DNA of 64,000 nucleotides from Lingula anatina (GCA_051362555.1 CM120646.1:15004001-15068000); one strand, 5' to 3'; shown: positions 37,665 through 51,514, counted from the stretch's first letter. Notes: generated from the letters alone by a model not told the origin. Program-made: numbers and translations.

Positions 37665-39500
37665 ACTGAAGTCTCCCTTTGTCAATTAGTAAATACAGTA
37701 TACATGTATGTAAGTGTCACCTGATGAGCTCGGAATATTGTCTACACAAGTTGAATTGTCAACCTTTGTCGCATTAAAAGTGTCTCTACCGCAATCAATA
37801 CAAGAGCACCTTGTTAATAGCACCTGAAAACGAAACCTCTGCAGAAATAATGTTTTATATGTCTTCTTAGTGTCCTGCTTGATTTGATTGTCCAGCAAGG
37901 TCAACACACTCCTTCTGTTAGGTCCACTGCTGTCACACTGGTCAGTTTCTACACTTCACTGCTTTGGGTCTTATCTAACTGACACAATGGTAAAGTGATG
38001 TGAAGTCCTACTTTTGTTAAGATGACGGCTGTTAAAAGGTTTATTGATTTCCTACTCTCAACCTGAAATGAAAAGAAGAGGAACAAAGTTCAGTTTAAAA
38101 AATGCACAAATAAAGATGAAACTGCAGTTGCTTCATATCAACATATTTCCTAATGATGATACTATTAACACCAATTGCTGGTGCCTTGTTTCTTGACAAT
38201 GCACCACATCACATCTGTGTGTGGCCTTTCTTAGTTGTTGCAACTACAGGAGTGAACGCCGTTCTTTTTTTACAGGTGTCAAATTTGCATGATTACTTAA
38301 CCCTAATGATTACATAATCTGCAATTGCCCTAAAATCAGGAATTGCATCAGATTTGATCCCTGCCAGTTCTAATTGAACTGTTCTCGGTGATTTCATGAG
38401 ATATGATAGCCTGGCTACTAATGGAAGACTGCATACAGACAGACCTAGCTAGTACCCTGGGTCTATCTGAATCCGCTCTAAGAGACATCAAAACAGATCC
38501 CTCACACTCAACATGGCCAATATACAGGATTCAATATTAAGAAGGGGTATAATTATGTAATAGGGCACTGACCCCCTCACTCTCCCGGTGTAGTGAAATG
38601 ACATATATTGTTGCTGTAAACTGGGCTCCAAAACAAGATCTTGGACCATTTGCCACATGCCCCATTGAAACTTATACTAAGCCATCCCAGTGCTTCATTG
38701 TTCTGGTTCATTGTTATCAAAACTTTAAAGATGCATTTCAATAAAACAAGCCCTGACAAGGACCTCAAACTACTGTGCAGTCATTCAAACGGTCAATGAA
38801 TCCAACTGGAGCACTAAGGCATAAATTAAAGCAACTTATAAAGCTTTGAAAAGGATTTATCGGTCTTTAATTGAAAACCAAACCTTTAAAGGTAATTTCA
38901 ATTAAAATCAACTTCTTTAAGTCAAAACATAACATGTTCCATCATGCTTTAATTCATTATAATAACACTGTATTTTCTCTGACCTCCCTAATTTAAGAGA
39001 GTTTAAGCTACAATAGATAAAAAATTAACTGTAAGTTTGGATTTTGGAAGCCTGAACTACCCTTAAACCTAATCATAACTTTACAACCTTTTACCACGTC
39101 ATAATGTGATAGCAGTTATACTCAATATGTTTCACCTTAGACCACCCTGGCTCTGTTTTAGACTTGTATATGAACATGTACAATGAGATTCATTTACTGG
39201 TAGCATAGTTTATTCCACTGCCAGGTATACAGCAACACTATATCATAATGGTATCTTCTCCACTGACAATTAACAGAGAACCGAGACGGGAAGCACTGAC
39301 AATGGGATAAGATTTGAAATTTAAAGCTGTACTTAGCTAATAAATGACTTCCCTATAATCACAACTTTGAGGAAGTGACTTTATGTCAGTCTTGGCAATT
39401 CACCAATTTAAATGCACAAGACTTAATGTGCTGTCCTGAAATATGACAAGTTTCCAGGAAGCACTACCATATATGCACTCACCTTGTACATATCTGTATA

Positions 39501-39937
39501 GCAGCATTCATAACCATGCAGTTGATCCACAGGCTTAGAGACCATTCCCACAGATATTTAGATCAATTTATCCCCCTGGGGAGTCTCAATAGATTGCTGT
39601 CGCCTTGATCGGCTTAAATGTCTATCCTGCCTACTAAAAGCTGTAAGGGGTAATTAACTTTTGTGCGTGCTCGGCTCTCGGAAGCTGACAGCAATTTAGC
39701 ATGAACCCCCAGGGAGTTAGGTTGATCCAGATGGATTGATCTAAATCTGTGGGAACTCAGTCTTACAAATCCACTGGTCAAATATGGCCGGCCCACTTGA
39801 AAGTTTGCAGCATAAACCCCTAAAAGACACTGAATAGATTACCCACGGGGGTTATGTAGCAAGCTTTCAAGTGGGTCGACTATATTTGATCCCCGGGTCT
39901 GTCAGTCTGCGGACCAACTTTGGTTGCGAAGGCTGCC
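39501..39937. mobile_element. Hairpin MITE family C interrupted by a family A copy
   Basis: gcagcattcataacca ... tggttgcgaaggctgcc ends; internal caaatatggccggcccacttgaaa / tttcaagtgggtcgactatatttg inverted repeat, related to 41213-41384. Confidence 0.65.
39538..39762 (+). mobile_element. MITE family A, copy 3 (nested)
   Basis: Homologous to the other copies; TTA TSD. Confidence 0.87.
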
Positions 39938-40994
39938 TACGTCTCTGTTTGAAATTCTTGCTTTAACCTTTCTGCACACGGATACCTTCTTAAACTATCG
40001 GTATCAGCATCTAAGAGGCACTTTGTCCCAGGGAAGAATGAACAGTGTGCAAAGTTTGTATTGAATTTTTAAAAAGTTGCACCCTAAGTTGAGCAGCCAA
40101 CAGACTAATAGAGGCCCATCAGTATTATTGCTGTATCAAGTTGCAGTCTGGGGGCCTTGCATTGCACATCATTTCTTAACACTTTCTGCACCCGAATAGT
40201 ACATCAATCCTTGACTAGAGTGTTATTAGTGAATTATTTTCTTGCAACATAGTGTAGATGATAACAAAAATACAAATAAATTGGTTTTACCTCAAAATCT
40301 ATAATAAGTACTTTTTTTTAATACTAACCCTTTTGGATTTTACAGTTTCTACACATGTTTATTTCAAAGATACAATATCTGCTTTTCAAACTGTCCCAAA
40401 ATAATATTTTCTATCTACATACCATGCAAAGCTACGCATCGTTCCCAATTCAGACATAAAAAAAAAACTATTAAAACCCTACAAATTACAGTGTCTGCTG
40501 TCAACATAACTTCCTTCTAAAACGTACAGGAAATCATAACAGTATAAACTTAACAGGAAACATTTTTGAGCAGGAGAAAAATGGCTTATTTTCACAAAAA
40601 GGGTAGGAAAATCTCAGAGAGGGTACCTTCAAGTTCACTACGTCCTTTGTACATACTAATCTTAAGAGTTATCTCTATTATCAATATTTGCAGTTTCAAT
40701 CGACTGACATCAGTCACAACCTCCAAGCAAAGATAAGAAAGACAGAACATTTGTGTGTCACTTACAGGTGTAGCCCTAAATCAAATCAAACAAACTTCAA
40801 AAGATATCCAAAATGCAGATGCTGTTATGTAATAAAATCATAAAAATCGCTTCAGTGATAAAATGACCTGGTAGGGAAGAGTGCAAAAGAACTCAATATA
40901 AATTTTCTAGACATCGTCTGCCAGATAGCCTTGACTGTCACCTGTCTACCACAAAGACACAGTACTCTTCATAAAAATACAAAATGTCCTTTAA

Positions 40995-41209
40995 GACACC
41001 ATTTCCAGAGATTAGATCGATCTACTTTAGATCGACCTAACTCCCTGGGGGTTCACGCTAAATAGCTGTCAGCCGGGCGGACACGAAAGTTAATCACCCC
41101 CTTATAGCTTGTAGTAGGCGGGAAGGACATTTATGCCGGATTATCTGACAGTAATCTAGTGAGACTCCCCGCGGGGATAGATCGATCTAAAAGCTCTGGG
41201 AATACAGCC
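40995..41209 (-). mobile_element. MITE family A, copy 4 (inverted)
   Basis: Reverse complement of 17725-17939; TAA TSD. Confidence 0.88.
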
Positions 41210-41212
41210 TAA

Positions 41213-41384
41213 GAGCGCATTCAGAGAAGGGGAATAACAGATCCACTGATCAAATAGGGCAACCCACTAAAACGCTTGCTGCTTAATTTCCAATTAGACA
41301 CTGAAAAGATTACACAACGAGCATTCAAGTGGGTCGGCCATATTTGATCAGCAGATCTGTAAGGCCACTGTTCTGAATTCGCTC
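41213..41384. mobile_element. Hairpin MITE family C, abutting family A copy 4
   Basis: TAA|GAGCGCATTCAGA ... TCTGAATTCGCTC|TTA. Confidence 0.7.
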
Positions 41385-42686
41385 TTAAAGGTATTAACTA
41401 ATATTGCCATCAGACAAGTCAAAGACCAAACACAACATGAAGTCTCCTTTTTAGGGGGAATTTCAAGTATGTGAGACAGGTTTTGCATCACATGCTATAC
41501 CTTATATTCTCCATGCTATGTGCCCCTTCCTCCCCTCTCTCTCTCTCTCTCTTTTAAACACACACACACACACACACACTGCAAGATTTAGGACAAAATA
41601 TTGGCCTTAAAACCTCTATCAGATGTCCTAATACTGATAAAAATCAACAACGACAACAATAATAATATTAATAATAATAATCATAATAATTACTCAATGG
41701 ATACAAGAATCTTTCTAATGCTGCTGTCTGATAGCACAAGTGAGCCCCAATCCCAGTCTCAAACCAGCCAGTGTGAACAGTCTCCAAGTACACACATGGT
41801 AGTCACACGTCCAGCCTCAGTCAGTAATATAACTGAACTGAAATTAAACCATCATAATTGGATCAGGAGTAATTACAGAGGAGATGGCATACCACACCAT
41901 CATCTGAATGGATAACCTCTGCACACCACTCCTAATATGTGGTCACTCAGGGAGGTCTTGCACACGCTCCTCTTTGAAAACATAGGGAGTATCACATAGG
42001 GAGGGCGACAGTGGGATAAGGGGGAAGGGGTTACAAAGACAATGTGATAATGTTATGGACTCTATTCCTTTCGAAGGTTTTATTACTTTTCCAAAGGGTG
42101 GAGGTCTGTTTTTCTTTTAATCTTTTTTTGTTGACATTGATTGTTTTTTTTTTTTTTTTTTTTTTTATTTCTCTTCATTCAGGTAAAATAGCTAAATAAG
42201 AGTAAAGAAAATATTAAATTTTGTCCCTAAGATGAGGGTAAGTGTCTCTGAGGGAAAGAAAAAAAGTGTGATAGGGGTGAGAAACTGACACTGAACTATT
42301 CTTTTGGCAGTGCTTAAAATACGTCCATTGTAACCCTCCTTCAGCCCACATCAATGTATATTGCTTGAAATGTGAGAAAGGAGAGATGATCAGGTTCATT
42401 TGACTTCTGAACAGGTCTCCATCTACAATCATTGCACACCTCTCTCTTTTGGTTCTGGTGTGCAAAATTACAGATAATCTTTGTACGTAAGTATAAAATG
42501 CTTTCTTTATCACATACCACTGCCTTCTTATGCAAACAGTAAGCTGTATAGATACTGCTCTACTTTAAGGAAAGGGGAAAGTCTGATTTAGCACTATATA
42601 ATTATGCAATACAATGACATTTTGTTCTGCCTCATGATTAACAGATTACATGTGAAAAAACAATGGGTGTCAATTCCATATTGAGG

Positions 42687-42755
<69 letters not shown>

Positions 42756-42830
42756 TATAAATTCTGATTCACTGAAAAAATGTACTCTGTTATATCAAAT
42801 CTAAGGTGATAATATTGAGACTATAAAACA

Positions 42831-43018
42831 CACCAGGCTGGGGTAGCGCTAACACTCACCAATTTAGCCAAATGCTAAAAATTGACTTAAATTGGCTAAA
42901 GAAAAAGGGCTTGATTTGACATGTTTTAGCCAAATTATAACCACTTTGGTAAGAAATTGACAAAAATGTGGTGATTTAGCTAAGCCAAAAAAATTGCTAG
43001 CGCTACCCCAGCCAGGTG
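42831..43018. mobile_element. MITE with about 22-bp TIR
   Basis: caccaggctggggtagcgcta ... tagcgctaccccagccaggtg; internal ttagccaaa repeats. Confidence 0.7.
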
Positions 43019-43562
43019 TATACTGACTTCTTCAGATTCAGGTGTCACAGAGAGTTTGGGGAATCTCACTTTGGTAACAGTTGAGCAACGACTGCATCCC
43101 ATATTCTCAAATCCTATGCCTGTGGTTCATCATAGCATGTGACTGTTCACTGCCTCATCTGTCTACCCCAGGAGACTTCATAGTTGACCTGCATTCTTCA
43201 ATGACAGTCGCAAATCATGTCAATCACTCTTCAAAAAGATGTCCCTGGGAAGTTCCTGATATTTGATTCAAAGTGACCTCCTTTGACAGTACATGTATAG
43301 AAGGACAAAGCACATCTATAAGGATAGACGGAACCATAGCTGGCTCATGTTAAAATGAATGATACACCTTTGAAGTCATGATTGGTACTCCCAAACACTA
43401 GTTAATAAAATTAATACAATATTCAAAATAGGAATAATTCACTTTGACATACATAAAAAGATCAAGTAAGGGATTTTATATGCTATAAATAAATGGCAAC
43501 AATTTCCCTCAAACATAATTATGCACTTGTGTCAGACTGCACTTAATAACAATAAAGAATAA

Positions 43563-46453
43563 ACAAGGCAGCAAAGCTGTCAAATGTACAGACAAAAAAC
43601 AGAAAAAAAAAGATGCAAAATAGGTCATTATGTCAATTTTGATGCAATAATAAATGCTTATAATAGCACAGTCAGTCAACACTGATTTTTAATCATGCAC
43701 AACAGGTAACATGGTCAATAACAGGAGCAGATTCAGAGATATTATCTGACAGTATTCCAAAGTATCTTTGTTGATCCATCCTCCATTTTGATAGTCTTCC
43801 AACAGAAACCCGTTAATATAAACTGTAAAATCTGACTGTCTTCCAGGAGACCCAGAAGATGGTCTTAATCCACCCTTTCAATAAGATTACAATTACAATG
43901 TCAGGACCATGAGAGTTAAAATTCACATGATGAAAGTCCCTATATATGAAAAATGATGACAGTGCATAAAATAATATTACATCGTGTTTAAAGACATAAA
44001 TACCAATACAGCTGCTTATGTGGAAATACTGAAAATGTGCACAGCCTCAAGTGGATGGGAGTTAAAAATCACATCTTAAAAATGCCAGTGTTGGAGAAAA
44101 AATTAAATAGAAACAACAAAAATATAATTCTAATGAAGCTGTTATTCACTGCTTCCTTATTATGGACACTATGTTATCTAGCAGAGAGCTTAACAGGGAA
44201 ATATCAACAAGTGTGCTTTATGAAATTTCAATTAATGGCTACTTAATTAGGTAAATGAGTTTATAGCACTGAAATTAGCCTTGTGAATACCCAAGGGGAA
44301 TTAACAGACTGACCACACAAATTTGTCTATCAAAGGTCTTCAGGCCCATAAGTCACACCTTAAGAAAAGCAGAAAACAATAATGCACAAAAACAGGAGAC
44401 TGCCCAATTCTGATGCAATAATACATTATGTTTAACTGCACAGTCAACATAAAATTTTAATTATGCACAACAGGTAACGCTGATGAATATTAGAAAGTGC
44501 CAGAATGAGAAAAATGAACATTTCACAAAAAATGCATAAATTTAATAAAAATGATGACCCAATTGACCTGGCTTTCTAATTTGAACTGCATGCCAATCCT
44601 AAAAATCGTACTTATAAGTTAAATATAATAATAAGTAACACAGTTTTCTTTTCATAATGTTTGCAGTAGCAGTGCAAAAAGATTATTGTCAATTTTGATG
44701 TAACATTACATAATAAATTATAGAATAATTATCACCAATTTTTGATCATTGACTATAAATAGCATGGACATGTAGAAAATTTGATTACCATTAGGCTTCA
44801 TGTCCATGGGAGCTCTGAGTCCCACAATGAATATGCCAAAAAGATAATGAATATTTCACTAAGTGTTAACTTCCAGAAAAAGAAGCCAATTAGACTGCTT
44901 TTCCAACTCGGGCTGCATTTTAGTCCTGTGTTTCTTTTTTGAAAGTTTGACAGTAATAAGTAACACCGTTTTCCCATAATGGTCATCATGGCAGCAGCAC
45001 CAAATATTGTGTTTTCTTCTATTTTGATGAAACATTACATAATGCTTAACAGCATAATGACCATCAATTTTAAATGATAAAATATACGTGTCATGGATTT
45101 TCAGAAAATGTGACTAGCAAGGGTCTTCAAGCCCGTGGAGGTTCTAAGTCGCACCTTGAAAATGTCAATAAGTGAAAAATTAAATTTTCACAAAAAACTG
45201 TTAAATTGCCAGAAAAATTTACCAAACAGACTGCATTGCCTACTGAGGCTGTATGTTAGACCCATGTTTCTTTCTTGTAAGTTTGAGAACAGCAAGTGAC
45301 ATGTTTTCCCTTAAATGGTCATCATAGGAGCAGTGCCCTAAATAGGGGTTTCTTCAAATTTTGATGCAACGTTACATAATGTTTAACAGCATAATAACCA
45401 TCAAATGTTATTAATAAAATATTAGTAACATGGACATTCAGAAAACATGACAAGCAAAGGTCTTCAGGCCCATGGAACTTCAAAGTCACATCTTGAAAAT
45501 GCCAAAATGTAAACAAGACAGCACTGTCCTGAAATGGGTTTATTTCCATTTTTAACACTTTTTTAACATAAAACAAAATAAACATTTTACTGCCATTTTT
45601 ATATGACCAACTAAGAAAATTGATGAGATGGGAAAAGTATCAATAGAACAGTGTTAAATGTCCAATTTCCTCCATTCTGAGATTCTGAACATAGTGGATG
45701 ATTGAATCGACAAACTGCAATGATATATGAGTTTATTTCCATTTTTGACACTTTATTACACAATACATGATAACAAGTTTACCATGTTTTTTTACATAAT
45801 CAACTAACAATGTTGTAAAGATGCAGGAAATATCAAACAAACACTTTTACGCATCTAATTAGTTCAATAATGAGACTGTTAACATGCCTAATAATTGAAT
45901 CTGAGGAAATGTGAAAAAACAGTATAACTTCTAAAATAATGGCCCGATTATGCTGATTTTCGAACTCAACCTGCATTTTAGTAAGATTGACCACTCCTGT
46001 GAATATAATGCCAATTGGCCAATCCGTTTTTCTTATATTGTGTTATCAGTGTTGCATTTATATTGAAAAGTGAAAAAACAGCATAAATTCCCTAAAAATG
46101 GCCCAATCATGCTGATTTTCGAACTTGACCTGCGTATTAAGAATTTTCATCAGTTCTGTAAGTTTCAAGCCAAAAGGTAAAATGGTTTTCCACTTACTGT
46201 GTTATCGGTGCTGCATATATGCTGAAAAAGTGAAAAAACAGCATAAATTCCCTAAAAATGGCCCAATCATGCTGATTTTCGAACTTGACCTGCGTATTAT
46301 GAATATTCATCAGTTCTGCAAGTTTCAAATCAAAAGGCAAAATGGTTTTCCACTTATCGTGTTATCCGTAAAAGTGCACGGCGACGGCGACGACGGCGAC
46401 GACAGACGCAGATGATGGCTATATGTACAGACACATCTGTGTCTGTACATAAA
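43563..46453 (-). mobile_element. Helentron-associated (HINE/DINE-1-like) non-autonomous element with internal tandem repeats
   Basis: Right end: hairpin tatgtacagacac-atct-gtgtctgtacata next to a (GAC/GGC)n microsatellite and an A-run. Left end: matching subTIR atgtacagaca (43584) beside the stem-loop gcagc-aaa-gctgt. Internal ~160-bp units at 45911, 46070, 46230 and longer degenerate units at 43.6-45.5 kb. Confidence 0.7.
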
Positions 46454-47656
46454 AAATAAGTAATATTCATTTTGTGATCATATAAAATTATGTCAAATCA
46501 TATGTAACCCTCCTGAAAATATACACAGTGCCCTTTACAAATGATAGTACCAAGGACATAGGACTGATGTTAACTGATGTAAACCAAGGATGTTAACCTC
46601 ACTGGTGATCAGAAGCCCTGAAGTAACAGACTCTACTTAATTTAAGTCAAGGACATTCAATAATAGTCTTTTGACTAATCATAACATTCCACTCCAAATA
46701 GTATCAAAGCTTCAGGTTTAATTAAATTAATCTTTCTCTGATAAAATTCTACATGAAATTTACGTAACCTGTTACTGCTGTGAAGTGAAAAAAATCCGCA
46801 CGTAACAAATTATCATAGTATTTAATTAAATTTCCTTAACTGCTTTAACCAAACAACAAAATAATGGGGAAAGGATGATAAACATGTACATATACTACAG
46901 CCAGTAACTGTTGAACACTGAGGTGTACGTAACCTATTACCTGTGACCAATGTTGTGTAACGTTGACCTTTACCATAATAAAGCCCACTGACACAACGGG
47001 CATTCAATTAAGTAGCCACACTTTGGCATCTAACAGGCACTTAGTATGTCATACCGTAACTGTATTAACAGGATGACGAAACATACTGGTCTTCCTTTAT
47101 CAGTCTTCTTGAATAGCCTTTCAATGTGGAAAGCAGCATTTGGTGCAAAGATAAGCATAATTTTACACTGCAGATCTGTAAAACTCTGTACTTTGCTTTC
47201 GTGTGCTGCAAAAAGGTTATGCATGTGTGATAATCACAATCACTTGTTACACCATATTTGACATAAAAATGGCCTCTAGAATTAAGATAAATGTATGGTA
47301 AGAACATGATTTTTCATTTTAATTTGACTGGTAAAATACCCTATGGCATCAGACAAAGTAGAATTTTTGGTTATATATAGGGTTAGAACAAAATGATTTT
47401 TTCTGTTAGTTTAAGATCTTAAGCCAGACACATTTTTTCTCAATTATAATGGTTTTGATCAACCATTTGGTATCACTCAATTCAATTAAAGTAAACTTAA
47501 AATGATTTCTTACCTGTACAAAAGGTAAGTAAATAATGCTCTGCAGCAAAGCATACTGAGACTAAGAGATCATCATGCAAGTTAAGCATGAGAGTAAAAG
47601 TATGCTTACTAGTAAATAAAACATTTCATGTCACATTTCTCTACAACAAAAACTAA

Positions 47657-47871
47657 GACCCCATTCCCACAGATTTTAGATCGATCTATCCCTGTGGGGA
47701 GTCTCACTAGATTACTGTCAGCTTAGCCGGCTTAAATGTCTGTCCTGCCTACTAAAAGCTGTAAGGGGGTAATTAACTACCGTGCGCGATCGACTAATAG
47801 CAATTTAGCGTGAACCCCCAGGGAGTTAGGTCGATCTAGATGGATCAATCTAAATCTATGGGAATGCAGTC
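47657..47871 (+). mobile_element. MITE family A, copy 5
   Basis: Homologous to the other copies; TAA/TAC flanks. Confidence 0.86.
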
Positions 47872-49042
47872 TACAACTCTAAGCAATCATCTCAAGTTCA
47901 GTGAAAGAGATGACATTCACATTCCTCAAAAATAATCCAATCACATTACTAAGACATAACATAATATTATCCAACAGTTATCCAATGCTTAAATCTTTCT
48001 ACAATATGAAGAATTTATGAAAAAACTTTGTAATTACAGGTTTATCTTTCCTATGTTGACATCCTCATTTTCATAGAGACGGTGCTCCACACGTACCTAC
48101 CCTAAACCACTTGTATCATCCTTTAATTCCACGACAAAACCATGCACATCTGCACACAAATGTGGTACACAAACACACACACACACACACACACACGGAT
48201 TCATCATCAGCACAGAAAAACTGGTGATAATGCATGTGTGTTGGAAACAAGCTGGCATGCTGTTCAGTTAAGCTGAGTGCACTTCACAAGAGTCCCTGCA
48301 GACTTGGTCAAAGACCAGTGACCTCTATGGGAATGGGGTCTAATACTTACTTTATTCCAGGATCCAATTCACATATATTTTCTGGGCCTTTTCTTCATTC
48401 ATGTCGAATACAATAGATATCTTGAACTGAAATACTGTAGATGGAATTTTTGGTTTAAAAGATGAGACCAATTTTGGGACTCAAGCAGCCCCATTAGCAT
48501 GTTCATTTCCTTGTAGTGGTATATCTTAATCACAGATTGGGCCACTTATTAATTCACCTGGAGTGAGGTAATGTAATAGCTTTGAAGTGTGGCAAGTGTC
48601 ACATACAGCCATCACCAGGATATTTGCCATCAGCTTAGGTGTTACCTGGCCATGTACAGATAAGAAATGATTACTAGTACACACAGTTTGTGTGTAATGC
48701 AGAAAGACATGTTGCAGAAAAAAATAATTCTATTCGCTACTTGTATGTCTCTGGTGATCACATTCTAGAGGAAAATGAACAATGTGAATAATGAACCCAT
48801 CCTCAAAATAGTACTTAGCAGTCCATAAATTTAAAATAATTTCCTTGCAATTAATGGCTAATTTTCACAGAAACCCTCGCATCAACTTCATCAGTGTATT
48901 TATGATTACACATTCAACCACATTCAAATTCACACACCGTACTAGCTTTGTCGGCCCAACTCTGTTGGGAATTCTTGCTAAAGTGGAATCAGTGGAATCA
49001 GCTTAATTCTCTGATATCCTTCTTCCAGCAGCTACAGGGTAA

Positions 49043-51514
49043 CTAGAGGATCAGAGAGGCGATACCGCCTCCAAATATTGTACCACCAGCTGGAGCAAAC
49101 GCATTCGTATAGACCCCCACATACACAAAATAAGGGACACAGCCGCCAGTTTTGTGCTTGACAAGCTGTAAAAATGCAATCAACAAGAATTTTTAAACTA
49201 TTGCAAAAAATATATATGGTACAATCAAATTTAAGTTCTTCGTAAGGTAGGTCAAGGGTCAATTTCAAGGTCACAGTAAATTGCCAGTATATGACTTCCT
49301 ATTCAAGTTCAAGAGTAACTATGGACCTATCTCTGTCAAGTTTGAAGTTAAAAGAGAAAGAAATTAGCAGAGTTCAGTTCATGATAAAAAGTAGGTCAAA
49401 GGTCAATTTCAAGGTCACACTTAGATTGCCAGTATAGGACTTCCTATTCAACTTAAATAGTAACTATGGACCTATCTCAGCCAGTTTTGGAGATAAAAGG
49501 GAAGCAAAATTTGCAAAATTCAGTTCATGGTGAAAAGTAGGTCAAAGGTCAATTTCAAGGTCACATTTAGATTGCCAGTATATGACTTTCTATTCAAGTT
49601 CAATAGTAACTATGGACCTATCTCTGCCAGTTTTGGAGATAAAAGGGAAGCAAAATTTGCAAAATTCAGTTCATGGTGAAAAGTAGGTCAAAGGTCAATT
49701 TCAAGGTCACATTTAGATTGCCAGTATATGACTTTCTATTCAAGTTCAATAGTAACTATGGACCTATCTCTGCCAGTTTTGGAGATAAAAGGGAAGCAAA
49801 ATTTGCAAAGTTCAGTTTATGGTGAAAAGTAGGTCAAAGGTCAATTTTAAGGTCACATTTAGATTGCCAGTATATGACTTCCTATTCAAGTTCAATAGTA
49901 ACTACGGACCTATCTCAGCCAGTTTTGGAGATAAAAGGAAAGCAAAATTTGCAAAATTCAGTTCATGGTGTAAAGTAGGTCAAAGGTCAATTTTAAGGTC
50001 ACATTTAGATTGCCAGTATATGACTTCCTATTGAACTTCAATAGTAACTACTGACCTATCTCTGCCAGTTTTGGAGATAAAAGGGAAGCAAAATTTGCAA
50101 AGTTCAGTTTATGGTGAAAAGTAGGTCAAAGGTCAATTTCAAGGTCACATTTAGATTGCCAGTATATGACTTCCTATTCAAGTTCAATAGTAACTACGGA
50201 CCTATCTCAGCCAGTTTTGGAGATAAAAGGAAAGCAAAATTTGCAAAATTCAGTTCATGGTGAAAAGTAGGTCAAAGGTCAATTTAAAGGTCACATTTAG
50301 ATTGCCAGTATATGACTTCCTATTCAAGTTCAATAGTAACTATGGACCTATCTCTGCCAGTTTTGGAGATAAAAGGGAAGAAAAATTTGCAAAGTTCAGT
50401 TCATGGTGAAAAGTAGGTCAAAGGTCAATTTCAAGGTCATAGTAAGATTGCCAGTATATGACTTCCTATTCAACTTCAATAGTAACTATGGACCTATCTC
50501 TGCCAGTTTTGGAGATATAAGGGACTAGATGTTATAATTTTGGAGTTACCATAATGTGCCTTAAATTTCGTACAGAAAAAATTAATTAAAATAAAGAAAA
50601 TGTCATTTTGGTCAAAATTCTTGAAATAGGAGGTGCTCTGAAGTTTCAGAAGTTCAAATTTGATGAAATAATGTCATTTTTGAACACAAGTTGTCTGCTT
50701 TGCCAAGCCTTATGTTTTATTTTTCCAGAGTTCAAAATTTATTATCCATTACCGTACTGCACATTTTGCTTTTACCACCAATATGTACTTTTTGATACAG
50801 CGTAACTCGAAAACTGTATAGAATACAAAAAAACCGAGACCACCTCCAGTGTTGGGCTTTACATGCTCTACAAAATGCAAAAAAGAATGGGTCTCTAGCA
50901 TTAACGGTTCCCGAATTAGAGACAGTTTTCAGTTTCGGTATCTTATGGCCGCTACTCCCGTGAAAATGCACCGATTGACCCCAAATTCATGGAAATGAAA
51001 GATGACCTGAAGGGTAACACTTTCCAATAATATTATTGGTTAAGTCTGTGTGGTGTCTGAATAACAGGGCAAAAAAATTTTTTTTCGTAAAAAATTTCAT
51101 TTTTTTGAAAATTTTGGCCCATTTGACCTTGAAGTAGAGGTCAAAGGTCAAATCCAAGGGTATATTTGAAATCTACACATATGACTTTTGGAAAGCCGTC
51201 TATAGAAATTTTTCCCATAACTCCTTCCGTAGGGTAGATAATTAGCATTTAATTTTGCCATTTTTAGACAAGGGTGCATTGCAATGAGTGCCACACCCAG
51301 ACCCCAATACCGACAAAGCCCAAATTTTATGTGGAACGAGTTGAGATTATAGGTGACCTAAATCCATGAGATGGGTACGGGGGCCCTTACCGTCTAGGAG
51401 GAGAAGCGGTAACGGTAGCCGTCCGGCGGAGCCAACGGAGCCGGCGGAGCCGGCGGAACGATCCGGACGGGACCGAAACCATGTGTACCGCCAGCGCTAA
51501 CGCTGGTGGTACAA
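49043..51514 (-). mobile_element. Helentron-associated (HINE-like) element carrying a 146-bp tandem array
   Basis: Minus strand: 5' TTGTACCACCAGC subTIR plus adjacent inverted repeat GCTGGCGGTAC, a (CCGC/TCCG)-type microsatellite, then 3' subTIR (49078-49090), stem-loop gaggc-gatacc-gcctc (49056-49071), ending CTAG|TT. Confidence 0.8.
49247..50523. repeat. 146-bp tandem repeat, about 8.8 copies
   Basis: gtaggtcaa recurs at 49247, 49391, 49537, 49683, 49829, 49975, 50121, 50267, 50413; units are near identical. Confidence 0.95.

Larger units (their letters stand above)
39474..42464. promoter_or_regulatory. Cluster of ten metal response element cores (TGCRCNC)
   Basis: Cores start at 39474, 39973, 40045(-), 40078, 40187, 40879(-), 41920, 41959, 42433, 42458(-). 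Confidence 0.55.

Noticed and set aside
49247-50523. CRISPR-like array
   Set aside because: Units are contiguous near-identical 146-mers with no unique spacers, there are no cas genes, and the context is eukaryotic.
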